Below, one piece after another: positions 10,548 to 21,488 of a DNA stretch of 64,000 nt (within the stretch, counting starts at the first letter, position 1; every line of letters starts with the position of its first letter). The stretch spans positions 1,888,001-1,952,000 of the forward strand of contig OZ242260.1 in assembly GCA_965207065.1 (NCBI GenBank), in the 5' to 3' direction. The DNA is from a bacterium. GTDB lineage: Bacteria > UBA8248. The notes under the pieces are model-generated. The model was not told where the DNA came from and searched no databases. It saw nothing but the letters and a program-made list of their open reading frames with translations. The translations under genes and the position numbers were made by a program.

Positions 10548-10979
10548 TCACTTGAGCAGAGGCTCGACTTCTGAAGAAGATACGAGTTCTTTTATCAATC
10601 CGTAATTCAGGCGCTGGTTCTCCCGTTTGAGGTTGGGAATTTCTTTATCAACTACTTCGTTGATTTCAATGGCGATTTTTTTGGGATTTTTATCCCCGTA
10701 ATTTATCAGGAATCCCATTAGTTTTCCGCTGTTCTCGCCAACGAATATACTTGTCGTTTCGTTTCGCTTTCGCTCTATGGCTTTTTCGTTGTCGATGTAA
10801 TGGAATGTGAGCTTCATTTTTTCTTGTTCTTCATCGGTATTCGATGTAAGTGATTTCGGTATATCGAACACGGACAGTGAAATAGATACTTTGACACCAT
10901 TAATGTTTTTAATTACTTCTTGCGCTTTAAGAAGATGATGGAAATTTTCTGAATCGAGGATAATGGTTTTTTCCGTCAT
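10548..10979 (-). CDS. Hypothetical protein (AT-rich)
   Basis: 143-aa ORF with GGAGA RBS; co-oriented with the upstream 228-aa ORF. Confidence 0.6.
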   Translation of the reverse strand: MTEKTIILDSENFHHLLKAQEVIKNINGVKVSISLSVFDIPKSLTSNTDEEQEKMKLTFHYIDNEKAIERKRNETTSIFVGENSGKLMGFLINYGDKNPKKIAIEINEVVDKEIPNLKRENQRLNYGLIKELVSSSEVEPLLK

Positions 10980-11003
10980 AGGGTTGTCTCCAGGCCGAAT
11001 CGA

Positions 11004-11690
11004 CTATAGCAATTTTTCAATGGTGGCGGCAATAGATTCAAACAGTTCCTTATTCTTGGAATTGTCCAAAAAGTCATCAGGATTTCTGCTGTCCAAGACG
11101 AGAACACCCCATCTTTTTCCGTCTAAATTCCGTATGGGCGTGGCGGCGATGCTTCTGGATTTGACGTTCAGTCGTTTGGCTTTCCCCAAAGGCAAATGAC
11201 CCGCCTTTGCATATTCTTTGCATGTATCGTCATCATCGCGCCATTGTGAGGAAATTTTAGGCAAGTCAGAGTAATTGAGCGTCGTATCCTTGAACCAGGC
11301 CTGTCCCGCAATACCTTCATTCTGCATTTCGTTGTCGTTGTTAATTTGAAAAGATTGCACATTCCTCTGATATTGCGTACCCGAACGGCAAAAGAATTTC
11401 AGTTTGGTTTCTCTGCGATTCGCTTTGAAAAGTGTCGCTCGGTGGTGAAACATTTCATCGGGAGGCATGTTCTTGAATAGTGCATCGCGTAGGATATTCA
11501 GAGCGCTTTTATATGACGCTTTGGATATCCAGTTGATATATTCTTCTCCAATAAACGCCGCACCGGCGATAACCCCCAGTAAAATGTATACTTTGCCGTT
11601 CTTGAAATTCAGTAACGGGAGAGTCGTAAGCAATAGCAGGCATATGAATTGGCCCGTTTTGGTAAAAAAGACGAACCTTCTATGTTGCAT
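11004..11690 (-). CDS. Two-TM protein with GAF-like C-terminal domain (AT-rich)
   Basis: Two hydrophobic helices, then 'EGIAGQAW', 'SIAATPI..WGVLVLDS' GAF-like pattern. Confidence 0.55.
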   Translation of the reverse strand: MQHRRFVFFTKTGQFICLLLLTTLPLLNFKNGKVYILLGVIAGAAFIGEEYINWISKASYKSALNILRDALFKNMPPDEMFHHRATLFKANRRETKLKFFCRSGTQYQRNVQSFQINNDNEMQNEGIAGQAWFKDTTLNYSDLPKISSQWRDDDDTCKEYAKAGHLPLGKAKRLNVKSRSIAATPIRNLDGKRWGVLVLDSRNPDDFLDNSKNKELFESIAATIEKLL

Positions 11691-11923
11691 GAATACGCTT
11701 TCTGGGTCCTCAATATGCCTTTAAGAGATATCCTTAATGTATATGCGGGAAATAAAGAAAACAACTGTATTTGCAAGCATTTTGAAGCGGATCACAATTT
11801 CGGGAGTACGTGCGCGCACATATTCGAGGGTTTGGTTTTCGGCGTCTCCTCCGTGTCTTTTTCTTTTGCGGAAATCGGTTTATGATGAATTTTTTGGGGA
11901 ACAATGAGCAGGAGTGATTCGGC

Positions 11924-13018
11924 ATGTCGCAGACGACGCAAATGGTGGACCAGGAAGTCGATCTGGTGGAGTACTACTACGAACAGGGTTTTTCGGACGG
12001 GCTTCCCGTCGTCCCGCCCACGCCCGAGAAGATAGACGCCGCCCTCGCGGCCCTGGGCGGCGATAAAGACCTCATCGAGTGCCGCGTGCCCCCGCGCTGG
12101 GGCAACCTCACGAGAGAGGTTCTGGCGATCAACATGGTGATGGCGGGCTGCAAGCCGGAATACGCGCCCGTCGTCCGCGCGGCGATGCTGGCGCTTTGCG
12201 ACCCGCATTTCAACCTGAACGGTGTACAGGCCACCACCCACATGGCGTGTCCCCTCATCGTGGTGAACGGGCCGGTTCGCGGCGAGATAGGCATGAACGC
12301 GGGCTGCAACGTGTTCGGCTCGGGCAACCGCGCAAACGCGACGATAGGCCGCGCGGTGCGGATGATGCTCTTGAACGCCGGCGGCGCCTGGCCGGGCGAC
12401 TTGGACAAGAGCACGCTGGGCTGCCCCACGAAATACACCTACTGCATCGCGGAGAACGAAGAGGCGAGCCCCTGGGCGCCCTACCATGTGGAGCAGGGCT
12501 ACGCGCCCGAGGATTCCACGGTCTTCGCCATCGCCGCCGAGGCCCCCCACAGCGTGACGAACCACATCTCGGATGATCCCGAGGGCATCCTCGACAGCAT
12601 CTGCTCGGCGATGAGCACGATCGCGCACAACAATTCGGTGAGCAGCGGTTCTTGCGCCGTCGTCATCAGCCCCGAGCACGGGGCGACCATCAGCGCAAAA
12701 AACTGGACGCGAAACGACGTGAAGAGCTACTTGTGGATGCACACCAAAAACACGTTCGCCGATATTTCGTTCAACCACCGCTACGGGAAGGTCTACAACC
12801 GAAACATCCCCAAGTGGTACAGGCGCGAGCCGGACGAGAGAATCCCCATCGTGCCCAGTCCCGAGAACATTCACCTGTTCGTGGCGGGCGGGGATGCGGG
12901 GCGTTTTTCGGCGTTCATTCCCGGCTGGGGCCACATGACGAATCCGGTGCTGCGGGCCATTGACGGAAGAGCGCTCGAAGGCGGCCCCGTCTGCGTGGAC
13001 GGCACCTGTCTGCTATAG
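11924..13018 (+). CDS. Conserved protein usually paired with UGSC-family selenoproteins
   Basis: 'GFSDGLPVVPPTPE', 'AINMVMAGCKPEY', 'GNRANATIGRA' motifs; adjacent to the UGSC gene. Confidence 0.75.
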   Translation: MSQTTQMVDQEVDLVEYYYEQGFSDGLPVVPPTPEKIDAALAALGGDKDLIECRVPPRWGNLTREVLAINMVMAGCKPEYAPVVRAAMLALCDPHFNLNGVQATTHMACPLIVVNGPVRGEIGMNAGCNVFGSGNRANATIGRAVRMMLLNAGGAWPGDLDKSTLGCPTKYTYCIAENEEASPWAPYHVEQGYAPEDSTVFAIAAEAPHSVTNHISDDPEGILDSICSAMSTIAHNNSVSSGSCAVVISPEHGATISAKNWTRNDVKSYLWMHTKNTFADISFNHRYGKVYNRNIPKWYRREPDERIPIVPSPENIHLFVAGGDAGRFSAFIPGWGHMTNPVLRAIDGRALEGGPVCVDGTCLL

Positions 13019-13044
13019 CGTTTCAGAGAAAACAGGAGGAAACC

Positions 13045-13587
13045 ATGAGTGACGTCATCACTGGCCAGGTCGTCTACGACCCCCGGGGGGTGGTGGAGGC
13101 CGAGGCCCAGCCCACCGCAAAACGCGTCGGGGACCTGAAGGGTCTCAAGCTTGGAGTCCTGGACAACACCAAGTGGAACGGGCGCAGGCTGCTCGAGAAG
13201 ACCACCGCGCTGATGGAGGCGGAAGGCCCCTTCTCCGAGGTGCATTACTACAAGAAAGAGAGCTTTTCCAAGAACGCGGCGCCCGATTTGATCGCGCAGA
13301 TCGCGGAGGAGAACGACGTCGTCCTGACGGCGATTGGCGACTGAGGCTCCTGCACTTCGTGCTGTATGCACGATGCGATTTCCCTGGAAGAAAAAGGCGT
13401 GCCCACCGCAGTCGTCGTGACCGAGGTTTTCCTGCATGAGGCCCACGTGCAAAGGGCGGCCTTAGGCATGAACGGCCTGGACCCCGTTGTCATCCAACAC
13501 CCCCTGAGCACGCTGTCTGATGAGGAAATCTCCGCGCGCGCGGGCGATGCGGCCCGCCAGGCGGTGAAGATTCTGCTCGAAGGCTAG
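13045..13587 (+). CDS. UGSC-family selenoprotein (180 aa, Sec at TGA 13342-13344)
   Basis: ORFs 13045-13344 and 13366-13587 are in one frame and read AIGD-U-GSCTSCC-MHD; SECIS-like hairpin downstream. Confidence 0.9.
13351..13377 (+). promoter_or_regulatory. Putative bacterial SECIS element
   Basis: TCGTGC-TGTAT-GCACGA stem-loop with lower TGCA/TGCG stem; loop starts 18 nt after UGA with G at its second position. Confidence 0.7.
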
Positions 13588-13598
13588 CCCGGCATTTC

Positions 13599-14831
13599 AT
13601 GACGAAGCCACTCGAAGGCATCCGCGTCCTCGACCTGACGCAGTTTCTCTCAGGCCCGCAGGCCACGCTTTTTCTGGCGGGGCTGGGGGCCGAGGTCATC
13701 CGTATCGACAATCCGGCCACGGGCGACCCGGTGGCCTATTCCCCTCCCTACATCGGCGAGAAGGGCGTCTCCTACCATCCCCAGACGGATGAAGACCTGG
13801 GAATGGCCTACCTCAAGCGCACGCGCGCGAAAAAGGCGATTACCCTGAACATCAAGGACCCCCGGGGTCTCGATATGTTCTACGGACTCGTCGATCGCTC
13901 CGACATCCTGGTAGAGAATTTCTCCGTCGGCGTCACGAAAAGGCTCAAGATCGACTACGAGACGCTTCATGCGAGAAAACCCTCCCTGGTCTACTGCTCC
14001 ATCACGGGCTACGGCCAGACGGGGCCGGACTCCGGCCTCAAGGGCTACGACGCCGTCTCGCAGGCGGCCTCGGGCCTCATGAACCTCACCGGATTTCCCG
14101 ACGGTCCGCCCACCAAGGCGGGCTCCGCCCTGGGCGACAGCGTGGGCGGCACGTTCGCCTTCGGCGCCATCATGACGGCGCTCTTTCACCGCGAGCGCAC
14201 AGGCATGGGCCAGCAGGTCGACATTTCGATGATCGACTGCATCTTCTCGCTCATATTCGATGAGCCGATGGATTGCTACGAGCAGCTGGGGCTTCCGCCC
14301 CGCATCGGCAATCGCATCATGCGGCTTGCGCCGTTCAACGCGTATGAGACGAAAGACGGCTGGGTCATCATCGCCTCGGGCACCAACGCGCACTGGCACA
14401 ACATTCTGCGCGGCATCGAGCGGGCGGATTTGATCGGCGATGAACGATACGAGGACATGAGCCGGCGCGTGAGCAGGGTCGCGGAGGTCGACGCCACCAT
14501 CACCGAATGGACGAGGCGGCGCGAGACGAAAGAAGCGGTCTCCTGGTTGCGCGAGCACGATGTCATCTGCGGGCCGGTGAACAGCATCGACGACATTCTC
14601 GCGTGGCCCCACATGCAGGAGCGCGGGATGATTGTCGACCTCGAACACCCCACCCTCGGAACCCTTGAGAGCGCAAAAGCCCCGGGCTTCCCCTTCAAAT
14701 TCAGCGAAATGGAAGGCGGCTACGCCGCTCCCGCCCCGCTCGTCGGCCAGCACAACGCGGAATTACTGGGCGGCCTGCTCGGCGTGTCGGATGCGGAGTT
14801 GAAAGAACTCGAAGATGAGGGCGTGGTCTAG
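13599..14831 (+). CDS. CoA transferase family III (CaiB/BaiF)
   Basis: 'PLEGIRVLDLT..GP..LAGLGAEVI', 'ENF', 'ITGYGQTGP', 'GYD', 'APLVGQHN'. Confidence 0.92.
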   Translation: MTKPLEGIRVLDLTQFLSGPQATLFLAGLGAEVIRIDNPATGDPVAYSPPYIGEKGVSYHPQTDEDLGMAYLKRTRAKKAITLNIKDPRGLDMFYGLVDRSDILVENFSVGVTKRLKIDYETLHARKPSLVYCSITGYGQTGPDSGLKGYDAVSQAASGLMNLTGFPDGPPTKAGSALGDSVGGTFAFGAIMTALFHRERTGMGQQVDISMIDCIFSLIFDEPMDCYEQLGLPPRIGNRIMRLAPFNAYETKDGWVIIASGTNAHWHNILRGIERADLIGDERYEDMSRRVSRVAEVDATITEWTRRRETKEAVSWLREHDVICGPVNSIDDILAWPHMQERGMIVDLEHPTLGTLESAKAPGFPFKFSEMEGGYAAPAPLVGQHNAELLGGLLGVSDAELKELEDEGVV

Positions 14832-14838
14832 GGGGTTT

Positions 14839-15684
14839 ATGAAAAGCGGGACCTCTTGTTATTCATCCATGCGGCATCCTGGTTTCATCCTGGCGGTGGT
14901 TTGTTTTCTTCTTATTTGGGGGAATGGGCGCTCTGGCGCTCAAGCTTTCGAAAGACTGAACCCGAAAACCCTCGATTTGTTCGATGAAGCAAGGCGCACC
15001 TTCGATTCCGCCTATTTCATGAGCGAGATAAATGGCGAGTTCATCGAAGGCAGGATGAGCGACGAATTGATTCAGCGAAATCTCACAAGTCTTGAGAAGA
15101 AACGCCCCACCATCATTTTTTCACACGGCTGCACCGGGCTCGGCCGCGGGAACTTGCGATATATGCGCCTGCTGGCTCGAGCAGGGTACGCCGTCATCGC
15201 GCCCGACAGCTTCGCCCGCCGTTACCGGCCGGAAACCTGCGACCCTTCCCGACACCGGGGCATAAAGGGAGCGCCGCACAGGCGGGTGAACCGGATGCGG
15301 CAGGAGGAGATTCACCACGCGGCGTACAGGGTCCGGCGCATTCGGTGGGTGGACAAGAAAAACCTCTTTCTGATGGGACACAGCCAGGGCGGCACCGCAG
15401 TCGCTGCCTACGAGGGGGATGAGTTCAAGGCCCACGTCATCAGTGGTTCGGTATGCTGGCGTGGCCTTCGGTCGCCACGCGGGACGCCCATCCTCGCGCT
15501 GTACTCAGTGGACGATCCGTGGCGGCGGAACAGGCCCGCCGATAGTTGCCTGCGCAAGGCCAGAGCGCGAGGCGTGAACATGGAGTTCCATCTATTCGAG
15601 GGCCGGGCGCACAACCTCTCGCGCAACAAGATGGCAAGACGGCAGATTCTCGATTTTCTTGGCCGACACCGCAGAACGGAATAA
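14839..15684 (+). CDS. Dienelactone hydrolase-like alpha/beta hydrolase, probably exported
   Basis: HGCTG, 'GYAVIAPDSF', GHSQGG; hydrophobic N-terminus; start uncertain. Confidence 0.8.
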   Translation: MKSGTSCYSSMRHPGFILAVVCFLLIWGNGRSGAQAFERLNPKTLDLFDEARRTFDSAYFMSEINGEFIEGRMSDELIQRNLTSLEKKRPTIIFSHGCTGLGRGNLRYMRLLARAGYAVIAPDSFARRYRPETCDPSRHRGIKGAPHRRVNRMRQEEIHHAAYRVRRIRWVDKKNLFLMGHSQGGTAVAAYEGDEFKAHVISGSVCWRGLRSPRGTPILALYSVDDPWRRNRPADSCLRKARARGVNMEFHLFEGRAHNLSRNKMARRQILDFLGRHRRTE

Positions 15685-15826
15685 AAGAGGCTTCAGGGCG
15701 CGCGCCTTGGGCTTCGGGTTCAGCCGGTTATCCTGGGGGCGCAATTTCATGAGCGATGCGGCAACACCTGCGCCCCTGTGGTAGGATTCCCCTTGTCGCA
15801 GACTTGAAACCTGGAGGCCTATCTTC

Positions 15827-16813
15827 ATGCGAATCTGCACTTTCAGCCTGGCGGGCGAGGCGCGCATCGGCGTCTTGATTGGTGAGAAAATCGCCGATCT
15901 CAAGATGGCCTACGCCTTATCGCTGAATGAGGAGACGGCGGCGGAGACGATGGACCGCGTCGAGGCCGAGATTCCCGATGACTGCGAGGAGTTCATCGAG
16001 GACCTGGAACTGAACCGTCCTCTGGCCGAGGAGGCTCTCGAGGCGCTTGAAGCGCATGAGAGCAGAAAAGACCCGGTTCGCTTCGACGGAATGCAGGTGG
16101 TCTATGAACCCGATGAAGTCGAGATTCTCCCTCCCGTTATCCCGGACACGCTGTTTTGCATGGCGCGAAACTACGTGGCCCATGCCGCCGAGATGGCGCG
16201 CACCGAAGTGGATGATTTCAAGGAGGAACTCCCGCTCTACTGTTTCCTGAAGCCCTCCACCTGCGTGAGCGGCCCGTATGACGACGTGCCTGTCTATCCC
16301 TCGATGGAAAAGCTCGACTACGAACTCGAACTCGGCGTGCTCATCGGACAGGGCGGCAAGAACATTCCCGTGGAAAGAGCCATGGACCACGTGGGCGGCT
16401 ACACCCTGTTCAACGACATGAGCGATCGCACGACGCTCAACATGGGCAAGTTCATCGACTGGTACGCCATGAAGGCCCCGGATGGATTCGCACCCATCGG
16501 TCCCTACATCCTGCTCCCGGAAGAAGGACTCGACCCCCACGATTTGAGGCTCAAGCTCTGGGTGAACGGCGAATTGAGACAAGACGCCACCACGGGCGAT
16601 ATGGTCTGGCGGGTCGCTGAGCAGATATCGTATCTGTCCGGGATCGCCACGCTGCGGACGGGCGACATCATTGGAACCGGCTCGCCGGCCGGCAACGCCG
16701 CCTCGTGGGGGGAATACCTCCATCCGGACGATCTGATAGAGGGCGAAATCGAGGGGATTGGCCGCCAGGCGTTTCGCATCAAGAGTGAAAGCCCCGAGTA
16801 TACGCCGGGCTAG
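15827..16813 (+). CDS. Fumarylacetoacetate hydrolase family protein
   Basis: NYVAHAAE, LDYELELGV, NDMSDR, GDIIGTGSPAG. Confidence 0.92.
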   Translation: MRICTFSLAGEARIGVLIGEKIADLKMAYALSLNEETAAETMDRVEAEIPDDCEEFIEDLELNRPLAEEALEALEAHESRKDPVRFDGMQVVYEPDEVEILPPVIPDTLFCMARNYVAHAAEMARTEVDDFKEELPLYCFLKPSTCVSGPYDDVPVYPSMEKLDYELELGVLIGQGGKNIPVERAMDHVGGYTLFNDMSDRTTLNMGKFIDWYAMKAPDGFAPIGPYILLPEEGLDPHDLRLKLWVNGELRQDATTGDMVWRVAEQISYLSGIATLRTGDIIGTGSPAGNAASWGEYLHPDDLIEGEIEGIGRQAFRIKSESPEYTPG

Positions 16814-16907
16814 TTCTCCCGGCGGTTGATCCGCACCCGTTTGCGCATTAAGATTTTCGCATCGATGAAGTGAATACCGAACCGTTGAAACCCGAGAGGG
16901 GACCACC

Positions 16908-18275
16908 ATGAACCCAGCCATAGCCGAAGCCGAATCCCTGCGGACGATGGACAAGGAGCACGTCTGGCATCCGCTCATGAACCATTCCGGGATGGAGGAG
17001 AATCCCCTCGACGTCGTGGTCAAGGCAAGGGGCTCGACCATACAGGATGCCTCCGGCAAGGAATACATCGACGCCATGGCGGGGCTCTGGTGCGTGAACA
17101 TCGGCTACGGGCGCGATGAGGTGGCCAAGGCGGCGTACGAGCAGATGCTCGAGCTGGCCTACTATCCGCTGACGCAGGTGAATCCCCCCGCAGCAAGGCT
17201 CGCCGAACGGCTCGCCTCCTTGCTGCCCGAAGGAGTCGAGCGCGTCTGGTTCGTGAACTCGGGCTCAGAAGCCGTGGACACCGCCATCAAGATCGCCCGC
17301 GCCTACGGGCGCCTGAACGGCGGGAGGCGATACAAGATCATCGCCCGCCACCAGGGTTATCACGGGGCGACCATCGGGGGCGCGAGCCTCACCGGCCAGA
17401 CGCTCAGACGCGCGATGTTCGAGCCGCTCCTGCCAGGCGTGATTCACGTGAGCGCGCCCTATTTCTACCGGAGCAACGCGGGCACCGAAGAAGAACTCGC
17501 CGGCCGGTGCGCGGACGAGTTGGATGAGGTCATCCGCTACGAAGACCCCGAAACGGTGGCTGCGTTCATCGCGGAGCCCGTCATCGGCGGCGGCGGGGTG
17601 ATCCCTCCGCCAGCCGATTATCTGAAGCGCATGCGCGAGGTATGCAGGAACCACGGGGTTTTGTTCATCGCCGATGAGGTCATCACCGGCTTCGGACGAA
17701 CGGGGGAGCTGTTCGCTTCCGATCTGTACGAGGTTGAGCCGGACATCATGACGATGGCCAAGGGGCTGAGCAGTGCCTATCTGCCCATCGGCGCGACGGC
17801 GACCACGAATGAGATTTTCGAGGCCTTGAACGCCGAGGGGGACTCAGGCTTCCTGCAGATAAACACTTATGGCGGGCACCCCGTCGCCTGTGCGGCGTCG
17901 CTCAAGAACCTCGAGATCATGATGGACGAGGAGTTGCCCGCACGCGGCGCCAAGGTGGGCGCATATCTCGGCGGGCTTTTGGGCAAACTCTCGGACATCC
18001 CCTGCGTGGGCGACGTGCGGGGCGTGGGCCTCATCTGGGGCGTGGAATTGATAGAAGAAGACGGTGCGCCTATTTCCACGGCGGCCACGGCGAAGGTCCT
18101 GGCCTACGCGAAAGAGCAAGGCGTGATCTTCGGGAAGAACGCGGGCATCGCGGCGGGTCCCTCGAACACCGTCACCATCAGCCCGCCGCTGGTCTTTACC
18201 GAAGAAGAAGCCGAGCGCGCGGCCTCTGTTCTCGACACCGCATTGCGCCGCGTTCAGGCGGAGAGCGGAGCCTGA
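16908..18275 (+). CDS. Class III PLP-dependent aminotransferase
   Basis: AGLWCVNIGYG, GSEAVD, YHG, IADEVITGFGRTG, MAKGLSS. Confidence 0.95.
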   Translation: MNPAIAEAESLRTMDKEHVWHPLMNHSGMEENPLDVVVKARGSTIQDASGKEYIDAMAGLWCVNIGYGRDEVAKAAYEQMLELAYYPLTQVNPPAARLAERLASLLPEGVERVWFVNSGSEAVDTAIKIARAYGRLNGGRRYKIIARHQGYHGATIGGASLTGQTLRRAMFEPLLPGVIHVSAPYFYRSNAGTEEELAGRCADELDEVIRYEDPETVAAFIAEPVIGGGGVIPPPADYLKRMREVCRNHGVLFIADEVITGFGRTGELFASDLYEVEPDIMTMAKGLSSAYLPIGATATTNEIFEALNAEGDSGFLQINTYGGHPVACAASLKNLEIMMDEELPARGAKVGAYLGGLLGKLSDIPCVGDVRGVGLIWGVELIEEDGAPISTAATAKVLAYAKEQGVIFGKNAGIAAGPSNTVTISPPLVFTEEEAERAASVLDTALRRVQAESGA

Positions 18276-18323
18276 GGCGATAACCGAAAATTCATCCTGT
18301 ACGTCATTTTAAGGAGAATACAT

Positions 18324-18986
18324 ATGTCCAACATCACCATGATCGACATTGAGGATCTGAAGAAGACGAAGCTGGCCCCTTTCCTCAACAAGGCGCTCAA
18401 GCACCGCGCGCCCGACCCCGCATTTCACGCCATGCAGGGCCACAACGAGGAACTGGCGAAATCGATGTACCTCGCCTGGGGCACGGTGTTCAATACCGGC
18501 GTCATCGACCACAAGCTCAAGGAGATCATCCGGGTTCAGCTATCGCGTCGCGCCTTCTGCAACTACTGAGGGAACGTGCGTTCTGCTTCGGCGAAGCAGG
18601 CGGGCCTGACGGAAGAGATGATAGACGAGGGCATCGACAACTGGCGCGAGAGCGAACTTTTCACCGACGCCGAAAAGCTGGCCCTCGAATATAGCGAACT
18701 CATGGATTCAGAGCCCGAGAAGATTGATGAGGCCTTCTACGCGAGGCTAAGAGAACACTACTCGGACGAGGAAATCGTGGAACTCGGCTCTTTCATCGGT
18801 TTCAACGTGGGCTACCATACATTTTTCAGGACGCTCGATTTCTACCCCATGTTCTCCCCCGACGGCCGGCTGGTGAGCCAGGAGGAATCGCGGCGCATAT
18901 ACGGCGATTGCCCCGTCTCGCACATGAGCGGCCCGCTCGCTCGCGCGATCGAAGAGGGCGAGGCGCAACAGGCCAACGGAAGTTAG
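18324..18986 (+). CDS. AhpD/carboxymuconolactone-decarboxylase-like selenoprotein (220 aa, CxxU; Sec at TGA 18567-18569)
   Basis: ORFs 18324-18569 and 18576-18986 are in one frame and read LKEIIRVQLSRRAF-CNYU-GNVRS; gap-free alignment across the UGA to the neighbouring paralog; SECIS-like hairpin. Confidence 0.88.
18579..18602 (+). promoter_or_regulatory. Putative bacterial SECIS element
   Basis: CTGCTTC-GGC-GAAGCAG perfect 7-bp stem; loop starts 20 nt after UGA with G. Confidence 0.7.
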
Positions 18987-18995
18987 GAGGACGCC

Positions 18996-19601
18996 ATGTC
19001 GATTATCGAGCCGCTCGAGCCCGAAGGGATTGAAGAGAAGGACTGGAAGCGCGTCATGGGGCGCACCGCCGAGACCCAGGCGCCCGATGAGCTGTTCTCG
19101 CGCATCATGGCGCATGCGCCCGGCTACGCCGCCGCCCTGCACGACGCGATGCACCGCTCCCACGCCATGGGCGGGGTGGACCACAAGCTCAAGGAGATGG
19201 TCCGCATCCAGCTCGCCAGAACCGCGCAGGACACCTACTTCGCGAACCTGCGCTCCGAACAGGCGAAAAAAGAGGGCCTGACGGAAGAGCGCATCGAGGC
19301 CGCCTGCGGGGATTACGAGAACGACCCGCAGTTCACGGACGCCGAGAAGTGGGCGCTCAGGTTTTCCTATTTGATGTACAGAGACGCCGCGAAGCTGGAC
19401 AAGGAATTCTACGACGAGGGCAAGAAGCACTTCACCGAAGCCCAGATCATGGAGCTCGGCGCGATGGTGGCGCTTCACTACGGTCTTCAGGTCTTCATGC
19501 GCACGCTCAAGGTCTATCCCCTCCACGATCCGGAGGGCAACCCCGTGACGCAGGAGCAGTCCGAGCAGATCTACGGAAAAGACGTGCCCCTGCCCGCCTG
19601 A
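18996..19601 (+). CDS. AhpD/CMD-like paralog lacking the CxxC/U motif
   Basis: DHKLKEMVRIQLARTAQ-DTYF-ANLRS; FTDAEKWAL; HFTEAQIMEL. Confidence 0.85.
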   Translation: MSIIEPLEPEGIEEKDWKRVMGRTAETQAPDELFSRIMAHAPGYAAALHDAMHRSHAMGGVDHKLKEMVRIQLARTAQDTYFANLRSEQAKKEGLTEERIEAACGDYENDPQFTDAEKWALRFSYLMYRDAAKLDKEFYDEGKKHFTEAQIMELGAMVALHYGLQVFMRTLKVYPLHDPEGNPVTQEQSEQIYGKDVPLPA

Positions 19602-19620
19602 GTTTCGCTATCGAGTCGAA

Positions 19621-19650
19621 AGCGCCCGCCATCCGGCGGGCGCTTTTTTC
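19621..19650 (+). terminator. Rho-independent terminator
   Basis: AGCGCCCGCC-ATCC-GGCGGGCGCT followed by a T-run. Confidence 0.85.
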
Positions 19651-19974
19651 GGGCCTGAACAGGAGGTGTAAGCAGGTTTTCTCCATCGAAGGCGTCAGTG
19701 TTTAGAGCCGTATTCTCGCTCGGCCTAAGTGAAAAAAATTTCTTGTATCGCGCCCCTCCCATGCTCTAATATGATTTCAATACAATTGCGGCACATATTG
19801 TCGGCCAAACGAGGAGGTGCGTATGCAGACCCACATTCCGCCTCGAACCGATCACCACCTCACGTGTCGAGTTCCGTCCGCCTCCGTTGCGGTCCTTCCG
19901 CCCTGGCGCCATAGAAAATACCTTCGAAAAACAAGCGAATTTCAGCCGGATTCTAATAAAACGGGAGCGAACCC

Positions 19975-21381
<1,407 letters not shown>

Positions 21382-21453
21382 CGGGGGAGAGCCAGATACC
21401 AGATTCTTGATTCGTAAGGCATGTTGCAAGGTAGGGATATTCGGAACGATGAG

Positions 21454-21482
21454 AGCGCCCGCTATCCGGCGGGCGCTTTTTC
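21454..21482. terminator. Rho-independent terminator between convergent genes
   Basis: AGCGCCCGCT-ATCC-GGCGGGCGCT followed by a T-run. Confidence 0.8.
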
Positions 21483-21488
21483 TTGGCG

